Positions 22,188-33,671 of a stretch of 64,000 nt of DNA are shown here, piece by piece (position 1 is the stretch's first letter; every line of letters begins with the position of its first letter). Both the position numbers and the translations under genes were made by a program. The stretch is taken from positions 276,345-340,344 of the IMG/VR virus record IMGVR_UViG_3300050120_000152; one strand, written 5' to 3'. Under the pieces are notes generated by a model. The model had not been told where the DNA came from and did no database searches. It saw only the letters and a list, made by a program, of their open reading frames with translations.

Positions 22188-23054
22188 ATGTTAATCTATA
22201 AAATAACACATATGAATAGCGGTAAATCATACATAGGACTTACAACGCGTAAAACGGTATATCAACGATATAGAGAACATTTTTACGTTGCAAAACGTCA
22301 TCATAATAAAAAAGGTAGTCCACATAAATTCAAAGATATTTTACATGAAGAAAATTACGATAAATCTAAATTTAATGTTACTATATTAGATACGGCGTCA
22401 ACTTTAATAGAACTTATTGAAAAAGAAGCTTATTATATAAAAAAATATGATACGGTTAATTCTGGATTTAATGTAGTAAATGGCGGAAGTGATACAGTGC
22501 ATAGAGAGGCGGTATCTAAAGGATTGATAAAATATTGGGCAAATGTTGACGAAACCAAAAGACAAGAAAGAATAGATATACTTAAACATATGATATCAGA
22601 AAATAAAGAGAATTATGTCAATAGAGCAAAAAGTTTAGCAATCAAAAACTGTTTACCTATAAAACTTATTTTATATGGGAATGAACACACATTCCAATCT
22701 TTATATTCTAATAATGGCTTAAAAAAATTTTGTGATATTAACAACATTAATTTTTATGATTGTAAACAAAAGGCCAAGGGTACAATAGAGCAAGACCATG
22801 AAATCAAATGTTATTTCTTAGATATTAATGGTAATGAAATTAAATTTAATACAACAAGAAAAAAATTTGAAAAAAGTAAATATACAAAAACGAAATATAA
22901 ATCTTATACTTTATTATCACCAAATAATAAAAAAACTGTTATTACTAATTTAAAACAATTCTGTCATGAACATAGTCTGTGTATAAAAAATATATATGGA
23001 ATATTAAACGGTAAAGAAAAGAGTCATAAAGGATGGAAAATATATAATGCTTAA
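22188..23054 (+). CDS. GIY-YIG (Seg-like) homing endonuclease
   Basis: LIYKITHMNSGKSYIGLT..R..EH..E..GFN. C-terminal KSHKGWK DNA-binding motif. Late promoter TATAAATA at 22160. Confidence 0.85.
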   Translation: MLIYKITHMNSGKSYIGLTTRKTVYQRYREHFYVAKRHHNKKGSPHKFKDILHEENYDKSKFNVTILDTASTLIELIEKEAYYIKKYDTVNSGFNVVNGGSDTVHREAVSKGLIKYWANVDETKRQERIDILKHMISENKENYVNRAKSLAIKNCLPIKLILYGNEHTFQSLYSNNGLKKFCDINNINFYDCKQKAKGTIEQDHEIKCYFLDINGNEIKFNTTRKKFEKSKYTKTKYKSYTLLSPNNKKTVITNLKQFCHEHSLCIKNIYGILNGKEKSHKGWKIYNA

Positions 23055-24090
23055 TAAATGCGCAATGTTTACTGATATTCATTTTGGTGCACATAATAAT
23101 TCAGAACAACATAACAAAGATTGTATAGATTATCTTGAATGGTTTGTGAATAATGTAAAAAGTGATTCAACTATAGATCATATTATGTTTTTAGGTGATT
23201 ATTTTGAACATAGAGCAGCTATATCAGGTCTAACTTTAGATTATGGATATAGAGGGGCTAAAATGGTAAATTCATTAAATATTCCTGTATATTGGCTTAC
23301 GGGTAATCATGATTATTATTATAGAAACAATAGAAATATTCACAATACATTTTCATTTGAATCTTTATCTAATATTACAATAATAAACGATATAACTGTA
23401 TTAGATGATGTAGGATCGCGTGGAGTAATAATGTCACCATTTTTATTTGAAGATGAATATCCTCAACTATTAAATTATATGGAATATCCATATTTGTTTA
23501 TTCATGCAGAATTTAAAGATTTCGTTATTACGGGTGATACTATTGTTAAAGAACATGGGCCTGATCATAAATTATTTAAAAGTTTCAAACGCATTTTTTC
23601 AGGCCATTACCACAAGAGGCAGGAAAAAGATAATATTGTTTATATAGGTAATACATTTCCTACATCATTTGCTGATGCTAATGATATTAAACGTGGTATG
23701 GCAGTCTATGAATATAAAACTGATAAATTGGAATTTAACGATTGGGGGGGTGCACCATCTTATATTAAATGCAAATTATCGAAATTATTAGATCATCCAG
23801 ATGCTATATTAAAACCAAAGGCTACAGTGAGATGTTTAGTTGATATTGATCTATCTTATGAAGAATCATTGGAATTAAAAGCTAGTATGATATCAACGTA
23901 TAAATTGAGAGAACTTTCATTGGATGAAGGTTTTGATTTAAACTTCTTGATTGCAGGTGCCGAATCTGAAGATTGTGATCTTGAAGGTCAAACTATGGAT
24001 AATGTTATTATTGAATTGCTGCAAACTGTATCATCAAAGGATATCGACAATAATACTTTAGTCGAATTATATAAGGATTTAGTCATATGA
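23047..24090 (+). CDS. Recombination endonuclease, gp47/Mre11/SbcD-like
   Basis: TDIHFG, LGDYF, GNHD and SGHYH metallophosphoesterase motifs, adjacent to gp46. Confidence 0.92.
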   Translation: MLNKCAMFTDIHFGAHNNSEQHNKDCIDYLEWFVNNVKSDSTIDHIMFLGDYFEHRAAISGLTLDYGYRGAKMVNSLNIPVYWLTGNHDYYYRNNRNIHNTFSFESLSNITIINDITVLDDVGSRGVIMSPFLFEDEYPQLLNYMEYPYLFIHAEFKDFVITGDTIVKEHGPDHKLFKSFKRIFSGHYHKRQEKDNIVYIGNTFPTSFADANDIKRGMAVYEYKTDKLEFNDWGGAPSYIKCKLSKLLDHPDAILKPKATVRCLVDIDLSYEESLELKASMISTYKLRELSLDEGFDLNFLIAGAESEDCDLEGQTMDNVIIELLQTVSSKDIDNNTLVELYKDLVI

Positions 24091-26342
24091 AAACCCCCAT
24101 TCGATTAATATCAATATCCTTACGTAACTTCTTATCTTATGGTAACGATATAACTACTATAAATTTGGAATTTACCAACCCTACGTTAATTGTAGGACGA
24201 AATTTAGACTCCACTACAGAAGGTGAAATAGATTCGAATGGTGCAGGCAAGACTACCATTGTAAACGCCCTCGCATGGTGCCTTTATGACACCCCCATCT
24301 CTGATATCCCTCAAGATGCTTTAATTAATTTTATCAATAAGAAAAATCTTGAAATAACTGTGATTTTCCAAAAAGATGGATATTTTTATAAAATTGTTCG
24401 GTTTAGAAAACATAAGATTTTTGGTGGTGATGGCATTCGAATCTATAAGTCTGATAAATCCGATTTTACTGATCATGAAATGGACAAAGATAAGGACATT
24501 GCTCATAGTAGCATCGCACAAGCTAACAAGCAGTTGGTACAAATTATAGGAATGCCTTTTGAGATTTTTAGTCGTATCGTTATCTATAGTGCTGGTAGTC
24601 CATCATTCTTCAAGTTGAAAACTACTTCAGCGTCGAATGAACCAAATCAAACAGATATTATGGAAGAGTTGACTGGTCTTACAGACTTAAGTAAGAAAGC
24701 CGATTTGCTTAATGATCGAATGAAAATAAACAAAAAAGAAATTGAATCATTAAAACGTATCCAAGAAGAATTAGATAATCAAAAAGCTCAATATGAAACC
24801 AAAATAAATTCCATAAAATCAAGAATAGATCATTGGGAATCAGTAAAGCGTACAGATATAAAGAATTTACAGAATAAAATAGAAAATCTATCAACTGTTG
24901 ATTATGACTATCAGAAAGAGTGTTTAGTGGAATATGCTAATATTCAAGTTTCTATGACTAAAAATCAAAGTGAACTATCACTTAACAAAGTAAAGCGTCA
25001 AAATTTAGCACAATCATTGAATTCTTCGATTAAATGGGTTGAAGATCATGATATTAAGCTTGAACAAATTAATGAAAAATTGAAAAAATTTGAAAATATA
25101 GATTTTGATACGGAAGAAGCGTTACTGATCAATATTGACGAAAGTACAACAAATGTTAAAGTACAGCGGGATTTGATGTTTGCTGAATCTGCTATTATAT
25201 CTAATAATAGTAAAAAAATGTCAAAGAACGCTCAAGACCTTGAACATTTGCAGGATAATAAATGTCCATATTGCCTGCAACAATTTAAAGACGTTGCAAC
25301 AAAAATTTTAGAATTAGAAGCAGACAATGGTAATCTCTACACCGATAATGTGAAACGTGAATCAGTGGTAAAAAAATATGTTGCATCAATAGAAGCTCTT
25401 GATGATGTAATCAAGCAGGCTCGCTTGATATTATATTTTAAATCAATGAGCGAGTTGAATAATTCTAGATCATCATTACATTCATTAAACAAAGAACTAG
25501 AAATTGTATCAAGTCAAATTAATCCATATGCCGATATTAATGCCGATGCATTAAAGCTACAAATTTCAACCATGGATAGAGAAATAGATAAGCTTGATAG
25601 CACTAATTCAAAATTAATGAATAATTATAATATTTTGAAAACGGAATTGATCTATGATAATGAAGCTACGCTACTACAGGATGTACATAATCTAGACACC
25701 AATAGAATTGATTTGTCAAAACTTGAATCATCAGTCAATCCTCATACTGAAACGTTGGCTGATATGAGTGATATGTCGTTTGATGATAATAATTATAAAA
25801 AAATTGAAGCTCTCGAAAACACCGTTCAGCATCAAATGCTTCTACATAAATTATTAACCAAAAAAGATTCCTTTGTAAGAAAGAAATTATTGAGTAAAAG
25901 TTTAATTTTTTTGAATGAACAATTGAAAAAATATTTGGATCGTTTGGGGCTTCCACATAAGGTGACATTCGTAGAAGATATGACAGCATCTATCAGCCAA
26001 TTTGGGAATACATTACGATTTGGCAATCTATCATCTGGGCAGCAGGCACGAGTGAATATAGCTTTAGCATTCTCATTTAGAGATGTTCTACAGAAGAGAT
26101 ATGGTAAAATATCATTCTGTATTTTAGATGAATGCTTAGATACTGGGTTATCTACAGCTGGTGTTCAGAAGGCAGCTAAATTTATTAAATCTGTAGCAGT
26201 TACCGATAAACTATCTATGTTTATCATATCCCATAAAGATGAAGTAATAAACACGTTCCCTAACATTATGGAAATAGAATTAGAAGGTGGATTCTCACGG
26301 ATACTGCCTTGCAAAATAGTAGACATAAAAAGTGCGGCTTAA
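24087..26342 (+). CDS. Recombination ATPase, gp46/Rad50/SbcC-like
   Basis: NFLSYG, NGAGKTT, CPYC zinc hook, LSSGQ, LDE and ISH motifs. Confidence 0.93.
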   Translation: MKTPIRLISISLRNFLSYGNDITTINLEFTNPTLIVGRNLDSTTEGEIDSNGAGKTTIVNALAWCLYDTPISDIPQDALINFINKKNLEITVIFQKDGYFYKIVRFRKHKIFGGDGIRIYKSDKSDFTDHEMDKDKDIAHSSIAQANKQLVQIIGMPFEIFSRIVIYSAGSPSFFKLKTTSASNEPNQTDIMEELTGLTDLSKKADLLNDRMKINKKEIESLKRIQEELDNQKAQYETKINSIKSRIDHWESVKRTDIKNLQNKIENLSTVDYDYQKECLVEYANIQVSMTKNQSELSLNKVKRQNLAQSLNSSIKWVEDHDIKLEQINEKLKKFENIDFDTEEALLINIDESTTNVKVQRDLMFAESAIISNNSKKMSKNAQDLEHLQDNKCPYCLQQFKDVATKILELEADNGNLYTDNVKRESVVKKYVASIEALDDVIKQARLILYFKSMSELNNSRSSLHSLNKELEIVSSQINPYADINADALKLQISTMDREIDKLDSTNSKLMNNYNILKTELIYDNEATLLQDVHNLDTNRIDLSKLESSVNPHTETLADMSDMSFDDNNYKKIEALENTVQHQMLLHKLLTKKDSFVRKKLLSKSLIFLNEQLKKYLDRLGLPHKVTFVEDMTASISQFGNTLRFGNLSSGQQARVNIALAFSFRDVLQKRYGKISFCILDECLDTGLSTAGVQKAAKFIKSVAVTDKLSMFIISHKDEVINTFPNIMEIELEGGFSRILPCKIVDIKSAA

Positions 26343-26357
26343 AGCCGCATTTTTTTC
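26327..26357. terminator. Bidirectional intrinsic terminator
   Basis: AAAAAGTGCGGCTT-A-AAGCCGCATTTTTT between convergent gp46 and gp55 genes. Confidence 0.75.
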
Positions 26358-26360
26358 ATA

Positions 26361-26876
26361 TTAACCCTCTTCCGGCCCTGCCGAAGCTACGCTTACATCG
26401 TAGGTGGGATCAAAACTCACATCCTGTACAGAATCATTTGAGGATACATGACTATCAAAATCATCGTGCCCATTACGATCCAAGAATGAGAATGACGGAT
26501 TTTCTCCATGAGATATTAAAATTTCATCACGAATATCACGTTGCTTTCTTTCAAGATTATCAAATTGAAAAAACGCATGTTTTATGGTTTGAGTAAAATA
26601 TGCGAATGGGTTATCATATTTTTCAGCATTAAACCCTCGCCATACCTTAACAATGGTCAATAATGCAAAAGCTTGCATATCGTCATTATATGTATAATTA
26701 GAAAATCTACCTTTCATAGCGAACCGATGAGTTAATAACATTAACATTTTGGTTAACTCATTTGTCATCTTATTTTGCTCATTACTTAATCGCAATTCTT
26801 TAAGTAAATCTGCATTGTTAATATAATTTTTCTTCTTTTTCGGTTTTACTTCGAAATTGCTAGGAGTTTCAGTCAT
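26361..26876 (-). CDS. Late-transcription sigma factor, T4 gp55-like
   Basis: NYINNADLL..FSNYTYNDDM..NPFAYFTQ..AF motif. Fits the many (T)ATAAATA late promoters. Confidence 0.9.
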   Translation of the reverse strand: MTETPSNFEVKPKKKKNYINNADLLKELRLSNEQNKMTNELTKMLMLLTHRFAMKGRFSNYTYNDDMQAFALLTIVKVWRGFNAEKYDNPFAYFTQTIKHAFFQFDNLERKQRDIRDEILISHGENPSFSFLDRNGHDDFDSHVSSNDSVQDVSFDPTYDVSVASAGPEEG

Positions 26877-26992
26877 TTATTGTTCTCTTTTTTAAACTTA
26901 TATAAAAGATTAACATAACGTGAATGATATGTCAAATATTTTATATAAGTTTATGGATAAATATCACATATATTTCGGATATTTAGAACAAT

Positions 26993-29905
26993 ATGGCAGA
27001 TTTAACTCCAGCGCAAGCAAAACAGCTTGGTCAATTATTACAACAAGTGATGGGTGGTTCAGGATTCGCTGGCTTCGGCGGTAATGCGAAAAGTTCAGCT
27101 ATGCACAAATATGATAATGATGAAGGTGGCGGCGTTGACTTCACTAAAATGAAGAATATTATTAAAAATAATAGTGATCTTGCCACACAAATGGGCGCAA
27201 CCTATAAAGACCTTAATGCGAGAGGTAAAACTGTAGCAGGATTGTATAAAACATTAGAGGAAGCTACTAGATCACAGGGTAATATTCAGCGTAAAGCTGC
27301 TCAAAGTATGGCCGATATGATCGAAAAAACCAACGATGCCGCCAAAAAGTTAGAACAAATTACTAGAATAGCAAGTAAAGCCAGTGAGAATCTATCTAGA
27401 AGTGAAAAAGTATTTGCTCAGCTTGATAAGATTGCAGCCGAACGCAAAAAATTAAAAACGATTATAACTAAACGTAGAAATAAGGGAGAATCGACTACTA
27501 GTTATGAGAATGAATTAAACACACATAACAAAGAGAATGCAACTAAGGAAAAAAATCTTAGAGGGGAAGCCGATAAAATAATTAATAGTTTCAAATTATT
27601 AAATAAAGTTACAGGAACTCTTTCGGCTGGACAGGTTAAACAGTTATCAAGATTTGCAAAAATGACTGCTAATCAACGTAACAAGTCTGGTGTATTTGAT
27701 ACGGTAAGAAAAAGTGTAGAAGGTTTAGATGGGTCTACTAAAATTGCGGCTAATCATATAATTACTAATTCGAAGGTTGCTGGCGAATCGTTGAAAGCTG
27801 CTGGACAAAGTGCAGTTGCATTTGGAAAAGTTTTGTTAACTATGATTCCCGGCATATATGCCGGGCTTAAAGCCAATCAGAAATATAATGTAAAATCTTA
27901 TAATCCTTTAGAATCTGGCTTAAGGGGTATGAGTGAGCAAGAGCGCGCTCAAGCTATAGGCGAAAACCGAATTGGGTTGCGCGGCCTCGGCAGTGGAAAT
28001 GAGGAGAAGGGGTTTACTAATACTAAGGCATTACAAGAAACTGCGCATATTTTTGGTGTGACTGGCGCAGCAGCATTGCAAAAAGCATTTGATTATCAGA
28101 AAATATCAATGGGGATGGGAGTTTCTACTAGTAATGTCAAAGCACAGCAACAACAAATGTCGCAGATGCACGCTATGTCTAAAGCCGTTGGCAGCACTGA
28201 CGAAGAGTTACAAGATTTTTATGCAACATTGAAAGATACCGGACAGCTTGCTGGTATGAGTGCAAACATGTCTGAAAAGAATGATAAAGATCGCTCACAA
28301 GCAATAAATCAAGAAATTTTTCAACGTTTAGCATTGAATAAAGCTATGGGCATCAGTGTAGATATGTTAAAACGTCAGGCACAAGATGCCGTAAATTCAA
28401 GATATGCCGGATTAGCCAATTCTATAAAATCTGGATTGGGTGAACAGTTAAAAATTAAACAATATAATAAAGATAATCCTAATGATCAGATAAATCCGGC
28501 AGATAGCAAAAGAATGCAACAAATTAAAGCTGCTGGCGTTGGAGGAACTTCCCCAGAGGATCAGGCTTGGTATAATGCCAATGAATTAAAGATAGGCACA
28601 TTCAGAACGGCTAAATTGGCCAAGGATCAGCGGGATTATCCACACGGTGGTAAAGAATTTACGAAAGATTTAGTACAAAATCAGTATATGGGTGCACTTA
28701 ACCCAAACCTTGCACAGGAAGATAAAGATTTTGCTAATGCTCAACAACAAGGTCAAGCACAAGGTAAAGATGCAGTACAAGGAGATTTCAGTAAAGTCAT
28801 TCAGGATGCATCAACAAGTTTAAATGGCCCTACGGGGTTAACTGGTGCGGCAATGGATGCAGCTCAAGCATTGGAAGGGTTAGCAAAATCTCCGCTCGGC
28901 GGTAGTGGTGGGGTGGCATCCTATATCGAAGGTGCTATTGCCGCTAAAGTTGGTGGCATGGTCACTAAATGGGGGGCCGGACAAATAGCTAAAAAATTAG
29001 GAACTAATGCGCTAGGAAAGGCTGCGGCAGATGTTGCAGAACATGGTGTTGCTGGTGCTCTATTGAAACATGCTGCCGGATATGTAGCCAGTAAAACTCC
29101 TGAGTCTATATTGGGTAAGGTTGCAGGGGGTGTTGCTGGTAAATTTGCAACCGGAGCTGCAGGGAATGTAGCTAGAGCAGGATTATTTAGTGGAATTGGT
29201 CGAGGATTACTTAAAACTGGGCTACGTGGGGGCGCTGGTGCATTGGGCGCATATGGGATAAATTCATTATTTGGTGGTGCAGATACTCTTTCAGAAGGTA
29301 ATAAAGATTTAGGTTCCCGTATGTTGCGTGGCGGTGATGAAGTAGCTGACTGGGCTATGGCAAGCGGTTGGAAACCCGCACAAGGAGTAGGATTAGCCTA
29401 TAAAGGTGGGGTACGTACTGGTAATGCCATCCATAATTTTGGCTCCAAGTTTGACGGATATAAGGATTTTACTGATACGCTATTTGGATCAACTGTTGGT
29501 GGCGTTCAAGCGTTAATGGGTGGTGATAAGAGCGGATGGCATCAAGCAGAAAAGAGTGCTAATGAGTTAGCAGGAAAGCTTGGTCTTGGATATAATGATG
29601 ATTCATTTCATTATAATGGTAAATCAGTAGATTCAGGAATATCTATTCCGGCTGATGTAGCAGCATCAAAAATTAGTGATCTTACCAAACAATCGCTTGA
29701 TGATGCCAATGATCCGGTAGCATTAGCTCGTGATCAAGAAACTATAAAAGTATTAAAAGCTATTGCCAAAGCTACTACCGAATCAAATGATAGAGATAAA
29801 TCTAAAGATTTAACCCCAGAAACCCCTGATAATGTTAAAGGCTCGGGTTTCGCAGGTTATAATGGTCACTTGAATCAAGTCCATGCTGGCGCGTTCACTC
29901 GCTGA
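26993..29905 (+). CDS. Tape-measure-like / Ala-Gly-rich virion protein
   Basis: 970 aa, helical N-terminal half, Ala/Gly-rich C-terminal half, late promoter, just upstream of portal. Confidence 0.5.
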   Translation: MADLTPAQAKQLGQLLQQVMGGSGFAGFGGNAKSSAMHKYDNDEGGGVDFTKMKNIIKNNSDLATQMGATYKDLNARGKTVAGLYKTLEEATRSQGNIQRKAAQSMADMIEKTNDAAKKLEQITRIASKASENLSRSEKVFAQLDKIAAERKKLKTIITKRRNKGESTTSYENELNTHNKENATKEKNLRGEADKIINSFKLLNKVTGTLSAGQVKQLSRFAKMTANQRNKSGVFDTVRKSVEGLDGSTKIAANHIITNSKVAGESLKAAGQSAVAFGKVLLTMIPGIYAGLKANQKYNVKSYNPLESGLRGMSEQERAQAIGENRIGLRGLGSGNEEKGFTNTKALQETAHIFGVTGAAALQKAFDYQKISMGMGVSTSNVKAQQQQMSQMHAMSKAVGSTDEELQDFYATLKDTGQLAGMSANMSEKNDKDRSQAINQEIFQRLALNKAMGISVDMLKRQAQDAVNSRYAGLANSIKSGLGEQLKIKQYNKDNPNDQINPADSKRMQQIKAAGVGGTSPEDQAWYNANELKIGTFRTAKLAKDQRDYPHGGKEFTKDLVQNQYMGALNPNLAQEDKDFANAQQQGQAQGKDAVQGDFSKVIQDASTSLNGPTGLTGAAMDAAQALEGLAKSPLGGSGGVASYIEGAIAAKVGGMVTKWGAGQIAKKLGTNALGKAAADVAEHGVAGALLKHAAGYVASKTPESILGKVAGGVAGKFATGAAGNVARAGLFSGIGRGLLKTGLRGGAGALGAYGINSLFGGADTLSEGNKDLGSRMLRGGDEVADWAMASGWKPAQGVGLAYKGGVRTGNAIHNFGSKFDGYKDFTDTLFGSTVGGVQALMGGDKSGWHQAEKSANELAGKLGLGYNDDSFHYNGKSVDSGISIPADVAASKISDLTKQSLDDANDPVALARDQETIKVLKAIAKATTESNDRDKSKDLTPETPDNVKGSGFAGYNGHLNQVHAGAFTR

Positions 29906-29953
29906 CTATAGATACAATTAACATATAAATACTAAAATCGAAGAGATTGTACC

Positions 29954-31681
29954 ATGGCTAATCCAGAAAATGGAAAATTAACTAAAATATACAAAATCAT
30001 AACACCGGAATCGCCGAGAACCAGCGTCACGGATAGTCAAGATTTAGCCGGTAATTATGGGTTGTATGGTAATTATAGTTTTATGAACAAGTTGATGCAA
30101 GGCAGTTCTATGCGCTTGCAACGATATCGCGAATACGACATGATGGATGAAGATACTGATGTGAGTAGAGCATTGGATATCATTGCCGAAGAAATTGTAG
30201 GTAATAACCCAAAATCAGATTTACCATTAATATTAAAAATTACTGCTGGCGAAGAACAGCAAGTTAATTCTCGTACTGTAGTCACATTAAAGGCAGCATT
30301 AAATACATGGTGTAATATCCATAGATGGAATCGTAGACTTTATACTACTGTAAGAAATACAATTAAATATGGTGATACATTCTTTTTTAGAAATGAAAAA
30401 CCAAACCTACCTAATAAATATGTCAATCCTAAACACGTTATAGGTGCAGTTGTAACAAAAACCGATGTTAATGATGTTAAAGGATGGCAAATTCAAACTG
30501 ATTATGACAAAGCATCCCAAAATATAAACTTTGCCATTACAGGAAATTCTTCACAAACTTATAATGTGGAAAACTACACCCCTGAAGAAGTTATACGATT
30601 TGGTTTGCATGATGATATGAGTGATGAAGCCCCATTTAGTCAATCTATTCTTAAAGCAGCATACAAAATTTTCAAACAAAAGCAGATGCTGGAAGATTCT
30701 TTATTAATTTATAGAATACAACGCGCACCAGAAAAACGAGTATTCAAGCTTGAAATTGGTAATACACCACCACATCTAAAATCACAAATTTTAGAAAATG
30801 CTAAGAATGAAATCAAGCAACGTAAAATACCAACTCCTTATGGTGGTGGTAATCAGGTAGAATCCATTTATTCACCAATGTCAATGAATGAAGATTTCTT
30901 TTTTACAATGAAGAATGGTGTTGGGTCTACTGTAGAAACCTTACCGGGTGGTCAGAATCTTGGTCAGCTTGACGATCTTAATTATTTCTATAGCAAAATG
31001 TGGAGAGCTTTAAGAATCCCTCAATCCTATATGGACAATGGAGTCGAAGGTGGCACGCCATTCAATGATGGTAAGGTTGGCATAGCCTATCAACAGGAAA
31101 TCAAATTTACGCTTTATATTGAGTCATTACAAGTACATTTTGAAGATATTCTTGATAGAGAATTTAAAAAATTCTTACGTGATCAAAAAATAAATATTGA
31201 TCCAACTATTTTTAAAGTTGTATTACCTGAACCATCAAATTTCAAAAAGTCTCGTGATAATGAAATTGACCAAACATTAGTAGCTTTAGCAACATCTGCT
31301 GGTGCTATTGATTGGTTATCTAAGAGATATATCGCTATACATTATCTACAGATGACTAAGGCCGATCTTCTTATTAATGAACGACAGAAAGCTGAAGAAT
31401 TGGGTCTTGACCCTAATGATACTATTAAGAATATGGCTAAAATATATTCACCTGAGAATGCCGATTCTGGTGGTTATGATGGTGGTATGACTGGTGGTAG
31501 TGGAGGATCATCAGATTTAAGTGGTATGCCAGCTGATGATATAGGCGGGGATGATGATGGTGCTGATACTGGCGAAGCTGGTACAGGTGAAGAAAATGCT
31601 AAAGGTAGTGCTAATAATGGTGCAGAAACAGGTGGAAATGCTTCAAAAGGACAAAATCCTCCTAAGAATGGCAAAACATAA
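29954..31681 (+). CDS. Portal protein, T4 gp20-like
   Basis: LEDSLLIYRIQRAPEKRVF, EDFFF..GSTVETLPGGQNLG and LRIPQSY motifs. Confidence 0.95.
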   Translation: MANPENGKLTKIYKIITPESPRTSVTDSQDLAGNYGLYGNYSFMNKLMQGSSMRLQRYREYDMMDEDTDVSRALDIIAEEIVGNNPKSDLPLILKITAGEEQQVNSRTVVTLKAALNTWCNIHRWNRRLYTTVRNTIKYGDTFFFRNEKPNLPNKYVNPKHVIGAVVTKTDVNDVKGWQIQTDYDKASQNINFAITGNSSQTYNVENYTPEEVIRFGLHDDMSDEAPFSQSILKAAYKIFKQKQMLEDSLLIYRIQRAPEKRVFKLEIGNTPPHLKSQILENAKNEIKQRKIPTPYGGGNQVESIYSPMSMNEDFFFTMKNGVGSTVETLPGGQNLGQLDDLNYFYSKMWRALRIPQSYMDNGVEGGTPFNDGKVGIAYQQEIKFTLYIESLQVHFEDILDREFKKFLRDQKINIDPTIFKVVLPEPSNFKKSRDNEIDQTLVALATSAGAIDWLSKRYIAIHYLQMTKADLLINERQKAEELGLDPNDTIKNMAKIYSPENADSGGYDGGMTGGSGGSSDLSGMPADDIGGDDDGADTGEAGTGEENAKGSANNGAETGGNASKGQNPPKNGKT

Positions 31682-31707
31682 TAAATAATAATTACCGAAA
31701 GGATGGA

Positions 31708-31998
31708 TTGATGGAATCGAAAGAATATTTAAAGCAAGTAGTTAATGCATTGGTTAACGGCAATGAAACCGAAGCCAAAGAGATTCATCATGCCTATGTT
31801 GAGCAGAAATCTCAAGAATTACTTAAAGAAGATAAAATTTCTTTAAAAGGTGCTGTAGATTTTATCAAAAAAACAAAAGCTGCTATTGCAGCATGTGATC
31901 CAAAAGACATTGAAAAATTAAAAGAATTACGTCATACATTATCATCGGCTGAAGAACAGTTTGAGAATGATGAAAATGAAAATGAGTTTGATAAATGA
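31708..31998 (+). CDS. Small prohead core-like protein
   Basis: Acidic helical ORF between portal and protease. Confidence 0.55.
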   Translation: MMESKEYLKQVVNALVNGNETEAKEIHHAYVEQKSQELLKEDKISLKGAVDFIKKTKAAIAACDPKDIEKLKELRHTLSSAEEQFENDENENEFDK

Positions 31999-32264
31999 AA
32001 ATTCAAGATGTGCTATCCGAGAAGTTTGATCCGAGTGATAGAGACTATCACAAACAGACGGTGGCAGTGAAAAATAGTTCAACTGCAAAATTACCAAATG
32101 CATTTGTAAATAAACATATTACCCCGGTAGCATATCGTAATGGTAATTCTGTGAATGATGAAATTGGATTAGATTTTACCAGCCACGATTACACCAAGGA
32201 TGAACCCATTGCCAAGGATGGCAAACCTAAAAAGAAAAAAGTAAAGGAAGATAGTGAGTCATGA
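31995..32264 (+). CDS. Hypothetical head-associated protein (MKIQDVLSE N-terminus)
   Basis: ATGA-coupled within the head operon. Confidence 0.55.
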   Translation: MKIQDVLSEKFDPSDRDYHKQTVAVKNSSTAKLPNAFVNKHITPVAYRNGNSVNDEIGLDFTSHDYTKDEPIAKDGKPKKKKVKEDSES

Positions 32265-32455
32265 AAATTGGAAGTTTTAAAGAATATAGAAATTCAATAA
32301 AAGGTTCACCATATCATTACTTGGAAACCAATACAACAGAATTTGAACAAGCAGAAATAAAGGATGGGTTAGCACCATCCGAAGACGAAAAAGATATCGA
32401 AAATAAGAAATCCTTATTACAATATTTATTATATGCTAATGCAGCCAACCAATAA
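32261..32455 (+). CDS. Hypothetical head-associated protein
   Basis: ATGA-coupled ORF with MKIGSFKEY N-terminus. Confidence 0.5.
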   Translation: MKIGSFKEYRNSIKGSPYHYLETNTTEFEQAEIKDGLAPSEDEKDIENKKSLLQYLLYANAANQ

Positions 32456-32469
32456 TTGAGGAATACAAT

Positions 32470-33021
32470 ATGAGTATGCAAGACGATCTAAAAACAGTAT
32501 TTGATAGTGTAGTCAAGAAAGATGATGATGCAGCTTCTGCTGCATTCAGCGCCTATATTGATCAAAAATCTGTAGAAGTATTAAAAGGTTTAACTGAAGC
32601 AAAATTTAAATCACCCATTCAAATCAAGGGTAATGATGTATTCGTCAACGGTAAAAAGGTGGGTGGCGTCAAGCATAATGCTGAGGAAAATAAGGGATTG
32701 GAATATACCCCTACAGATGGTGAAAAACAGAAGTTTCCTAAGTTAGGCGATCTATATACTCATTTGGGTAAAGAACATAAATTGAGTGAAAGCGCAACCG
32801 ATTTGAAAGGTATTGTTAAAGATTATGAATCTGAAGTACAATCATTACCAAACCGTCCTAAGTTGTCTAAACTTAAAGCATTTAGTTCAGCTAAGGGCGC
32901 AGGTTTGGATGCCGATGGTGATCATGATGGCGAAGAAGATGGTGCAAGTGCTGATGCTAAGCGTGAAGCGCCTATCAAGAAATTAGTTGCAAAAGTAGAC
33001 GCAGAGAAGAAGGTTAAGTAA
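32470..33021 (+). CDS. Prohead core-like protein
   Basis: GAGG RBS, LTE/LSE motifs, directly upstream of the protease. Confidence 0.55.
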   Translation: MSMQDDLKTVFDSVVKKDDDAASAAFSAYIDQKSVEVLKGLTEAKFKSPIQIKGNDVFVNGKKVGGVKHNAEENKGLEYTPTDGEKQKFPKLGDLYTHLGKEHKLSESATDLKGIVKDYESEVQSLPNRPKLSKLKAFSSAKGAGLDADGDHDGEEDGASADAKREAPIKKLVAKVDAEKKVK

Positions 33022-33650
33022 TGGAACTGTTGATTGAACACTATACCAGTTCTGAAGCTAACGTTATAACCGAATCAGCTAACGGCGGGAAGGATGTATA
33101 TTTGAGTGGTAGATTTTTATCTGGAAATTTAAAGAACCGTAATGGTAGAATTTATCCAGTGAACGAAATCATGCAAGCTGTTATGTCTTTGAATGAAGGT
33201 ATCCGCGAACATGGTTCTATTGCTGGTGAATTAGATCATCCAGCTAATCGTTTAACCACAGAACTTAAATATGCTTCCCATGTTATTACTGAAATTCGTA
33301 TGGATGGTGATAATGCTACTGGTAAGATGAAAATCATGAATACTCCTAATGGATTAGTTGTAAAAGAATTAATCCGTAACGGTTTTCGTCCTGATGTATC
33401 ATCTCGCGGTGCTGGTAATGTTGGTTCTGATGGTGTAGTTGAAGGATTCCTGATTCAAACTATTGACATAGTTAACCAAGCATCTGGCATTGGATGTTCA
33501 CCAGTATCTGTTTATGAATCATTGGAAGATAATAAATTTGGTCGTAGAGCAGTATCATTGGCAGAAGCAGTATTAGAAGACCAAGCTGCACAAAAATATC
33601 TTATTGCCGAAGTGAAGCGATTCATGGATGCATTAAAATATAATAAGTAA
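33021..33650 (+). CDS. Prohead core protease, T4 gp21-like
   Basis: NRNGRIYP, GELDHP, VSSRGAG and DIV motifs. Confidence 0.95.
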   Translation: MELLIEHYTSSEANVITESANGGKDVYLSGRFLSGNLKNRNGRIYPVNEIMQAVMSLNEGIREHGSIAGELDHPANRLTTELKYASHVITEIRMDGDNATGKMKIMNTPNGLVVKELIRNGFRPDVSSRGAGNVGSDGVVEGFLIQTIDIVNQASGIGCSPVSVYESLEDNKFGRRAVSLAEAVLEDQAAQKYLIAEVKRFMDALKYNK

Positions 33651-33671
33651 TACAAAAATGACAGACAAAAT